Shown piece after piece: positions 10,784 to 20,825 of a stretch of 35,868 nt of DNA; within the stretch, counting starts at the first letter, position 1, and each line of letters starts with the position of its first letter. Location: positions 1 to 35,868 of the forward strand of contig RBNJ01000236.1 in the NCBI GenBank assembly GCA_003990765.1, written 5' to 3'. This DNA is from Jimgerdemannia flammicorona. Taxonomy: Eukaryota. Below the pieces are notes generated by a model. The model was not told the DNA's origin and searched no databases. It was given only the letters and a program-made list of their open reading frames with translations. The translations under genes and the position numbers were made by a program.

Positions 10784-11037
10784 TGTGATTTCTAACTAAG
10801 TATGAGCAACTAATTTGGTCCTATGGATGACCTTTGTGATCAGGACCTTTATACTATGGATTGTTAGGTAATGATTAGTTGCTGCGGCGATTGCTGCGGT
10901 GGGATAAGCTGAATATCGTTTTATCTGCATCGTTCGCGTCGTATGCCGCTCGATTGTGACGTCATCACCGTGACGTTGCCGGGTCACGTGATCGCTCGTC
11001 GCGGCTTTGTCGCGTCCCATCTGTTCGTTCTATTACA
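10784..11037 (-). mobile_element. Candidate young solo LTR (CpG-rich island within decayed DNA)
   Basis: The minus strand runs TGTAATAG...AAATCACA with a TATA-like GTATAAAG and dense CpG in 10880-11030. No perfect adjacent TSD (TTGGTT flanks it with a 2-nt offset). Confidence 0.5.
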
Positions 11038-11802
11038 TCTTGGTTCAATTTGAGTGTGGGTTTGGGTGGTAGCAGTTGTTCATTATTCAGCTTAAAAATG
11101 AGGGATTTATCTTGAATTACCAGCCAATATTGACAGAAGTGTAGCAGATTTCTTTATCTTGAACACTTAATTTTCTTTGACTCCTCAGTGTCCTTAAATA
11201 CAGGAGTGGGTGAGTTCAAAGTGTATCTGTCCACTCTCTTTGCTTGAACTATTTCAATCTGAGATTTATTCACTCTAGATACTAAGGATATTATATAAGT
11301 TTTCTAGCTATATAGTAACTAAGTTAAGACTTCTTTTTCTGTAAGTTATTTTATAAAGTTAAGATATCAGTATATCTGTACAATTTATATGATTGTGAGT
11401 TTTGTATAGCTGTGCAAATTATATAACAGAGAGATTGAGTGACTGCTTAACAATATATTATACTATAATGAAAATCAAATTTAGGTACTATGATCAAATA
11501 TCTATTTTCTGATTATTGTTTCTAATTTAGATCAACTATTATACTACTTAGATAGTAGTCTTAATAGATCTAAATTAAGTAGTAAAATATATAGAACAAA
11601 TTTACTAAAACTATATAAATCTTAATTATCAATAAAAGAAATCTAAGTAATTATTTTTTAGTTATTTATATTAACTTAATTTAACTAAGTAAGAGCTACT
11701 AATATTTTATTTAAGATATATATAATAAAAAGATCTTTAATTTTATATAAGACTAAAAATTATAGTATTAAAATAGTTTTTTAAAAAAATAGATATATTG
11801 AT

Positions 11803-12112
11803 TAGTATTTATAATAAATTAAATTAAATTGAATTTGACTTTAATTTAATTTAAGTTTTAATTTGAATCTTAATAAAAATATGTCTAAATTTGACAAATT
11901 TTAGCTCATTAGATTTACCTTATCTAGAAAATCTAGTATAATAAAGATTATATATTTTGATTGAGTTATTGTATTTCAAAGTTTGACTCTTATATAAGTT
12001 CAAATTGAGGGACTATATGTCTATAAAAAAAAAAATAAAATAAAAAAAATAAGTTCAAATTAAATTTGAATTAAAAAATTCTCAATTTTGTTCAATTTAT
12101 TTAAGAGCACTA
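11803..12112. mobile_element. hAT-type MITE copy 4 (strongly decayed)
   Basis: Starts TAGTATTTATAAT and ends TTAAGAGCACTA; 8-bp TSD ATATTGAT/ATATTTAT (7/8 match); retains TTAGCTCATTAGAT and GAGTTATTGTATTTCAAA internal motifs. Confidence 0.75.
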
Positions 12113-13017
12113 ATATTTATAAGTTTAAAGTAAATAAATATATTAATAAATTTAAATACAATAATAATAATAATTAAAATATATATATATTTATTAAATA
12201 ATAGTAATAAGACAATAATAATGAGATAACTTCTCTAAAAATAATAATAATAGTAATTATAAAGTAAAAAGAGTACTAAATAATAAAAAGATAATTAAGA
12301 GAAAAATTATTATAAAATACTAAAAACAGAGAATAATAATAATGAAGAAACAGTAGAGATAAGGATAGAGAAAATAACTATAATAGTTGAAATAAATACT
12401 AAAGATAAGAAAAATATATAAAACTAAGTATTAAATTACTCATATATCAAATTACTAATCTATCATTATATACTACATCACACTGTATTTAAAAGTCCTC
12501 TAGAAGTATTACAGAGATTGTCCAATAAGTCTAAAAAGTCAAAAGGCCTGGTATATACTACTGCCTACATCATAAATTTTTTTCGCCTGCTTTATTCAAT
12601 ACCCTGCCTCCACTACTTAATAACATTGCTAGTTTCGTCCACCTCTCACTTGTCACTAAGCTATTAAATTTTCACAAGACATCTGTTATGTCTATGCCGT
12701 CTATTTATCGTTCTTATCCGGCCACATAAGCACCGATTTTGTTGCGAAGTGAATCATGCATTTAGTATTGGCAGTTTCCATCGGCGTGCGGGCCCGAATT
12801 TCGTGTCATCTTTCAGAAGTGTGTGGAGTACTAGCACCTAAGTGACAGTAGAAATAGCAAAACCACAAAACGAGATGCTTTTACAGATTTATGAGACACG
12901 AAATATGCAAGAAATACAGATGTCGAGACGTCAAATCGTATCCTACAGCCTCCAGATCTTCGTCGTCCCCAAACACTACACAGGTATCCTTCCCCGCGCT
13001 TTCCATCCATCCACACT

Positions 13018-16000
13018 TCAATAATCATATTCGTCCACATACCTCCTCTTATCCGCATTCGCTGCATCCAACGGATCGACCTCCCCGCTCCCCTGCCTGA
13101 CTAGCGTATGCCCTACGTCCCCCGCCACAGCCAGGATATCCGTCCCGCTCCCGCCGACGATACCAAGGATGGGGTCTCCACGGGCGGCGTGGTTGCCGAA
13201 GCTGGACCTCCTGTTGGTCGCAGAGCTAGTATTGGTACTATGGGCCCGTGGGATATGCGGGCGACCCTCGGCGATATTTCCCGTGCTTGCGGCCATGCGG
13301 TCGGGCGGCGGGGAACGTAAGCCGAAGAGTCCTTCCTTATTGCTGGAGGGGCGATGAGAGGCCCCTTCCTCGGTACCTAGTATCCAGCTGTACTTGTTGG
13401 CAGAGATGGCAGACTTTGGGGGCGAGGCCAGGGACGGGTCGGATAGGATATCGTCGATGGTGACGGGTGGCTTAGTCGGGGTCCGCGGGGAGGAGGACGA
13501 TGAAGGCGACGTGGGGAGCGATTTGGTGGATCTTGTTGATTCCTTGACAGCGGGCGCTGGGTTTTCCTGGAAGCTTGGGGTCGTCGTCGGCTCCATCACA
13601 TCGGCTCGTTCAACCTTATCAAGTATGCTTTCGTCCAGCCCGCCTCGCATGCCACCGTTCCCGGTCCCGACCAGCGCGACCTCGTCGCTCTCCACAAACT
13701 CCCACTCCCGCTCTTTCTCTCTCTCCGGAGGCGGCTGCGTCTGGTACTGTGTCTGCGTCTGGTGCTGTGTCTGCGTCTGGTGCTGTGTCTGCGTCTGGAG
13801 CTGTGTCTGCGTCTGGAGCTGTGTCTGCGTCTGGTGCTGTGTCTGCGGCTGCACCCGACGATGGCTCGCGGCCTCAGATACGATTTGGTCCATGATATCC
13901 TGGTCGAAATCGACGGTCTTCCCTTGCAGCACATCTCGCACATGCTTGAGCCCCACGAGCGCGAGGACGAGTGCCGCTTCCTTGACGGTATCAGAGGGCG
14001 ACGGAGCGGGTGCCGGCACGACGGGCTGCTCCGCGTCCGACGTGGGGGATGGGATGCTGACACCAGCCCCGAACACTTCACGCTCGAAGACCTCGACACA
14101 CTTCTCGACCAGCACGCCCATCTGGCGGTTCACGTCGCGCAGCCTCGCCACATCTTGGTGGAAGGTGGCCGGGTCCGAGAATGGCGGGGGCGGTATCCTC
14201 GATGAAGGTGAGTGAGGCGTTGGGGCTTGGGCGAGGGGTGGTGGCGGCGGAAGATTGGTCGATGTGATGGAAAGGCGGTCGAAACCTGAGGGGAACTCGG
14301 AGCGAATCTTCTGCGGTCCGGATTGGGTACCGTCGACTGAGGGACGGCCGAGCACGTTCTCGCCGAGGATACTGACGTTTTTCTACGAATGTCAAATTCG
14401 TAATTGATAAAATGAGCCCTCAAGTCACACTCTGTGTATTGGTTGTACCCATCTCATTTCACCACTTGGCCGGCCCATATGAACCACTCATTCCCTCCAA
14501 AAAAAAAAAAAAAAAAAAACACCACAAACATACCTTGACCTCATCCATGACTCCCGCAATGGCTTTATTAATCTCTCTAACCTGCGGGCTCTTCATGACT
14601 TCCTTAGTCATCTTCGCGAAACCCTCCGCAGCTGGTTTCGTCATTCTTGCGAGGTTGTCTGTGCCAGCCTCAATGGACGGGTGGTGCTGGTGATTGTACT
14701 CTCCGGCGTGGCGTGAGGGACTGGGTGGGGGAGCGCCGTGCTCACGGGGGACGCGGCCTGCGCGCACGTCGTTCTGGCGCATAATCTGGACCCCGCCTTC
14801 CTGCGAGAGGTGGTCGCGCAGGTAGACGGCTTGCTCGATCAGCGTGTGCGGGTTGACGTGCGCCGTTGGGTAGTGCATCAGTAGTCCCAGGCAGCTCGAG
14901 TAGTCGTCTTGGAGAACTGTGGATATGGTGGGGATGTCGTGAGTCAGGGATTTTCGGAGAGTTCATGCCGCCGAGAAACATCATACGTGAACAAGCATTC
15001 AAAGGACTCACGGTCGTCACGGATCCCGAACAGCATGGACAGGCACACGTAGTCGACGATTTTGAGCGTCGCGTCCTCGGCGAACATACCGTCCCATAGC
15101 TTGAGCAGGCTATCCATATCGAACTCGCGACCGAACAAGAGACGAAGCCAACGGCTGAAGAGAGGAGTGAAGATTGTACAACAATGTTTAGGTACCAGTG
15201 ACGAATTTCATGTAGTCATGTGGACGCTTGGAAGTCCTTCGTGAATATGGTGACCATGCCATGCCACAAAATTACCAGATACACCAAAACAAGCATGCCC
15301 CTATTCTACACCCCACAATACTTCCCGCCCTGCCCAAAGCATCATACAAGAATGAAAAATTGCCACAGCTCCCAAGATTAAACACATCCACCGCACCCAA
15401 CATTTCAACTCACATCCCGTAAAGCTGCGGCTCGATCCCCAGCCGTTCCAGATGTCCATAGAGTTGCGGGTCAACCGTGCGCAGGAATTCGTGGTGGATC
15501 CTGTGGCATTCCATCACGACGGGGTTAAGTTTCGCGGCCTGTACAAAGGGGAATAGGAATTCGGGTAAGGGAGTGACGGCAGACAATTTAAGTGTGACAA
15601 AGAAAAGGAAGGTTGTGAGGGCAGTTAAAAGGACAAAAGTGGTGATGAAGCTCTCCACTTACCTCGGTCGGCGTGGGCTCCCGCGAGGCGAACATACGGG
15701 ACTCGTCCGCCACGTTCGGCTGTATCAAATTGAATCGAGTGTCCAAAAAAAAAAGTGAGAACACGGTCCAGCAAACATTCCACAATCTTTTCCTCCCCCC
15801 TCCCCCCCTTCTACCACATCACGCCCACGCTTCCAAACCCAACACAGCCTCCATCATGGAGGCTACCGCGTAAAATAAGACGTATACCCTTGCCTGCTTC
15901 CGCTGTCTGGAGGAGTTGAACACCTCGTCGTTGAACTCGTACCATGTCTTCGCGGACTTCATGACCTGCGTGAAGAGCGAGAAGGCGTCATGCTCGACGT

Positions 16001-17461
16001 GGGCACGGTCGAGCGTCTGGAGGAGGACATCGGTTGTGGGGCTAAGAACACCGAACGAAATTAAATGCAACGGGGTTCAGATTGCGTCCAAAAGGTTTGT
16101 GCTCGTGAAACAATACATCAAAAAAAAAAAGGAAGTGGGACCCACTCGAGATCCGTCGCGCCTTCTACCAACTCAACGCTATCCTGATCCACGACCAACA
16201 AGACGGGAGCAAGCAGCTCGTGCATGCCCTGTCGATAGGATACGTCCTGGTTCATTTTGCAGTAGATGAAGAGAATGTCAACCATACGCTGCTGGACGCG
16301 AGAATCGCGGAAGTAGTCGATGTCGGGGAAGCTACAGTTGAGAAGGAAGGATAGGTAAGTTAGAGGAAGGTTGATTATGAGCGAGAAACTGGGCTAAAAT
16401 AAGGAGGAAACAAATGGCGATTACGACGCACGTGCGCTCAACGTCCTGGCGGATGACTTTGCGGATTTCAGAGTCGGCGAAGTACTGTTGCCACGGGTTC
16501 TTAGGACATCAAACGAAGGGGAAAAGAGTTAGGAAGCATCTTCGTGAGGTGTGTGAGGTGGATAGACTGATTAACATCTCCGTACATACACACACCTCAC
16601 TCAGTAAACCAATGATCACAACACGACGCACAACCGTCCTCCAATATCACAAGCACCTCCAATACTATTATCCATTCCGATTACCATATGACCTTTCGGC
16701 TCCCCTCTTCCGACCAAAAAACCATAACTCTCTTCCCCCCTACCAACGGAAACGTGGCAGCAACGTACATCGTCATTTGACGCCAGAGGGTTGTTCACAC
16801 TCAGATCGCCGCCTCCCTTGGCCATCTGCTCGGTCGGGTTCGTAATGTACTTGTACACCAGGTTACTGTAGTGCTGGCGCTCCTTCTGCAGAATGAGAGG
16901 CCAGGTTGAAGTTTCGAGGCTCGGGAAGTAGGTGAGATAGACCTGAACGAATGGGGAGAATAGTCGGTGGGGGGTGATATAAAAAGAAAAAAGGAATTTC
17001 GTGATCAGGGAGAGATGGGGAAACACCGTGTTGTACGGGGGGATTTGATGTGGAGGACGATTTGCGCTTCCTTTCGGTTTTCCGGATTCTTTGTTCTTCG
17101 GTCATAGAGCCCGCAAATACCCAGCTCCGCCAATCTCGACTTTGGTGAATACTTTCAAGTTCATGTCTGTGTCTTGGGCCCCACTCAATCTCCCAGGAGC
17201 TTACCTTCCAACAGACTGAGCGTAGCGTGGTCCGGCAAATGTTTGTGGCAACGGCCTTTTGCCTCAGACTGGTCAGCGACAGGAGCGGGTCGTTGAAGAT
17301 GAGGTCCCATTTTTGCCTAAGGTGGTTCGTATGAGTAGAAGAGGATCACGAGGGTGAGGATCAAGTGGAACATGGGGGAGCGAGAGCGGGGGGGGGGGGG
17401 TCGGAATGCGAGAATGTAATGCGTCTGCGAGCGGATTGTACCTTGCCTCGTGTAGGTCCAT
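13018..17461 (-). CDS. TBC1D5: TBC-domain Rab GTPase-activating protein, TBC1D5-like, 11 exons, about 928 aa
   Basis: Exons 17461-17442, 17316-17205, 16942-16769, 16499-16432, 16331-16146, 16041-15888, 15719-15663, 15538-15414, 15154-15012, 14916-14534, 14382-13018. All introns are GT-AG and the exons total 2787 nt in frame. Motifs LRSVCWKVYL, NPW..YF, IRQDVERTFP (R finger), YRQGMHELLAP (Q finger), YGIRWLRLLFGREF, LWD. Confidence 0.88.
13737..13848 (-). repeat. Coding 18-bp tandem repeat (QTQHQT/QTQLQT, about 6 units) in the RabGAP C-terminus
   Basis: Repeated TGCGTCTGG(T/A)GCTGTGTC units on the plus strand. Confidence 0.9.
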
Positions 17462-17609
17462 TGTTATTTCAGAAATGAGAGAATAATTCGGGTTCGGCAA
17501 CTCTCTCACCCATGACTGGGATAGTGACTGGCTGTCACCCAAATTCACCTGACGTCACCACGCAGAACAACAAGGCACGCGCGTGCTCCTCTCGACCCAT
17601 CCACCTGCC
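17462..17609. promoter_or_regulatory. Very short divergent promoter region between TBC1D5-like and MIM2, with a CRE palindrome
   Basis: 148 bp between the two ATGs; TGACGTCA at 17550-17557; palindrome GCACGCGCGTGC at 17575-17586. Confidence 0.6.
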
Positions 17610-18159
17610 ATGTCACAACCCACATATCTCTCGGAGGACACCCTCTACGCTCGCCTCCAGCAGACCACACATCATCGCCCGCTCCCCCATCCGGACCGCC
17701 ACTACAGCGACGACGAGGACCATTCCGAGGACGAGGACGAACTCGACTCGCTCCACTCCTACGGCCTCGTCGACGACACCGACGACACCGATGAGTACGA
17801 CGTCGAGGAGGAGTGGGAGGAAAACAAGCGCCAGATTCAGCTGATATTTTCCATGGTCATATTCCCCTACATGGGCAAGTTCCTCGGGAGGAAGTTTTCG
17901 TTTTACCGTGAGTTGACCGATGTTCCTTTCTTACTTTCTTTTTATGTGGAGAAGAGACATTGTGCAATATGGCGCGAGCCATTGTTCGGGAGCATACTTT
18001 TATTCCGATTGAGTAAATGTCTCAAATTGGCAAAGGGGTACTCATATAGTGTGTTACGACAAACGTCGCTGACCTAACCTCTTGCACTCTTGACTCATAG
18101 TATGGGGCAAAATGCTGAACTTTTGGTACGGCGCCTCCACCCCTCGGATAGGGGTATGA
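17610..18159 (+). CDS. MIM2: Mitochondrial import protein Mim2 (MIM complex subunit), 2 exons, about 118 aa
   Basis: Exons 17610-17907 and 18101-18159 (GTGAGT...CTAAC...CATAG intron). Acidic N-terminus followed by EEEWEENKRQIQLIFSMVIFPYMGKFLGRKFSFYLW, matching the Mim2 W......P..GK.LGRK signature. Confidence 0.8.
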
Positions 18160-18328
18160 CATCGGCCCCATAGATCTCGACGGGTTGCAGTGAACTCTTT
18201 GTTTCGTCGGCCAGAGTGGTGATTGTACTGCTGTGTTTGGCAGGTTGGAAATATCTATGTAATTTCTGATTGTGAAATATCATTCGGAATCCAGATGTTT
18301 CAATATTTCTTCTGATGGTTGCTGCTGG

Positions 18329-18331
<3 letters not shown>

Positions 18332-18411
<80 letters not shown>
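18332..18411 (+). repeat. Poly(T) homopolymer, 80 nt
   Basis: Uninterrupted T run. Confidence 0.95.
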
Positions 18412-18413
<2 letters not shown>

Positions 18414-20825
18414 GACTTTCAAATGCCCTTTAGCTTAATGATTCTTCATGTACTTATCTCTTTTGATTCACCTGCCTCCATTATCATGTATGTATGTGCA
18501 ATATCAAACACATTACATCTATAGACTCCTTTTCTCTCCAGAATATCCGTTAGACTTTAATAAAGCCTGTGAGGGATCTTATTGCATATGTGGAAGCACG
18601 TAATGTGACCTTTTCTTGAAGCACATTGAAGCCGGTGCCATACCTAACTCGGCCTTCCGCCGTCAAGGAAAAAAAAAAAAAAAAAGATCAGCTCGAAGAG
18701 TCGTCGGACTCGAGAAGCGTATGGATTACCTGCGCAAACGACTGAAAGACACATATCGGCTTTCTCAATGTAGTCATCCTTACAAAGTTTAGTTCTGAAT
18801 ATCCTGTGCCAAACAAACCACGACAGTGGAAAGCATTTATGCAGCACGCGCAGCATACGATGATTTTGACTATATATACGTACATTTTACTGGTAATACC
18901 ACATCTACAATTACAACCGTGATATTACCTCCACAGCGCTTACGTACATGTCCTCCAAATTTACAGTCGAAGTAAATGTGTGTCTTTGCCTAAAAAAAAA
19001 AAAGATTCGTGACACCAGCTTATTCAAGTTTACAAATGAATATGCAAAATTCGCCCCTCAGCGCCGAGCCAGCCGTTGCGATACGGGGCAGCAGATCGTG
19101 CGAGCTCCCTGACACTGAGGGTCGTATGTTACTTTTGCAAATGTTACATACCTTTATACCGACGCTACGGCGACCCGCATTCGCGAATGAGTAAGGCACC
19201 ATGGACAGAATAAAATATTACTGTTGATGACATATCTTGTTGGTCAGCTTCACGATGTTGTTAATTTTGTGCTTCTTTGCAGTCATGTCTGGATGACAGA
19301 GAAGACGATGGTGAGCTCCAGGATGACGCGGAGGGGGTCATCCTGGTAGGAGATAGCGCAGGACGCTCACGGAGCCAAGGATTTTACTTTTTTGGGTCAT
19401 GTAATTATATACTGGATGAGGGATGATGCTTATTTACACGTGACTTGCCCTACAATACATTCCTATAATGGAAGAGGACCACAATATTGAAATGTACTTG
19501 GAAGACGCCAATTTATAAATAGCTGTTTTGACCCTAGTGGCGTGCGGTTATGGGATCCACATATTTCACCACCAACCAATTGCCCAGCTCTTTACCGCCG
19601 CAACCACGCCTGTCTTTTTTAATTATTGCCGGTTGATGGCAGGATAGGTGGCGGACGTTGATGGCCTTATGTTGGATTGTCGTTTTATTTTGAAACGATC
19701 GGCTCTGCTTCGGGTAGATGACGAATGCACAAGCTACTATCTTTCCATTACTAAGTTCAACCAACCGGATGGGTGCTAAAAATAAAATATTATAGATACA
19801 TGGTTTGAACCCAGTAACAAATTTCGATTCCTTCCCGATATTAACAATAAAGCCATTTATTTGGATCACAGGCATCGAAAGTATAACGATTCGTGCCATC
19901 AAGAGATGTCCCTGGAACCTCCACACTGATTCTCTACTCCTGACACCCAGCTTAACGCCGACAATGTCTAGCTCAATTTGAACCACGTAGGGCCTCACCC
20001 AAGGCCTGACCGAAGAGAACATTCAACCCTTCCCTTCGACCTCCAACGGCAGAGCTCGTATTCCTTTGGGAAAATAGTTTGGCGTGTCTGTCTTCCGTGA
20101 TCTTAAGACGGGGCGACGTTAGGGACGGGGACCCTGACGCTGAGGCAAAACGTGCTTGTCAACTTGGACCATAATCCCTACCAAGAGCCTCATCCAAGCG
20201 TCGCGCAAGCTGGAGAACAGCATGCGCGGTGGACGGAAGTATATTTGGGTTGGAAGGCGAAGTCAATACGATCGTCAAACATGCGTGAGCCATCGCAAGA
20301 TAAATACACATTCTTTATGCTGTCCCAATCTTTATTTTATCAAGTTTCGACCGTTCTTTGTGGGTGATGCCTTCCTTCAACCGAGGGACATATTTTTCCT
20401 GAACTGATTCTGGAGTTGCGTATATTTATTGCTTTTTGTGCCGAATGCTATTTACACGAGATTTATTCATTCAATCATCCCTCGACCTCACACCGCTAAA
20501 AAGAGAGAATGAAGAGATATGACGGAAAACGATACTTACGCGTTCAGCGCACGACGTTGCGTCTCCGTCTTCCCACCGCTCCAAACGGTACATTATTGTT
20601 TGAACGCAATATTCTTTGAAGGGACTACAGAATGCATATACGGCATGTTTATTATCCCGTTTACTATAGCATTAAAGTTTTTTTTTTTTTTTTTTTTCCA
20701 TGCATTCAGCGAGCTTTCTTCGCCAAGGGTAGCATGCCAACGAAGAACTTCATTCCGTTGACCTTGATCAAAGATTCCTTATCATGAAATCCCTCCTTGT
20801 TATCAGAAACAGGAACGTAAATGTT

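Noticed and set aside
10796..11020. 74-aa ORF within the CpG island
   Set aside because: It lies wholly within the LTR-like segment with no domain resemblance and is probably incidental.
11400..12540. Possible decayed coding region with an A-rich tail (former acidic tract)
   Set aside because: Too mutated to assign to any family by eye.
13394..14215. 273-aa plus-strand ORF with a Cys/Val/Trp repeat
   Set aside because: Antisense shadow of the RabGAP last exon and its QTQ repeat.
19000..20410. Possible gene in the 2.6-kb gap between MIM2 and TTI1 (ORFs 19534-20022 -, 20152-20367 +, some splice-like sites)
   Set aside because: No recognisable domain or consistent exon chain; it could be a pseudogene or lncRNA but cannot be supported.
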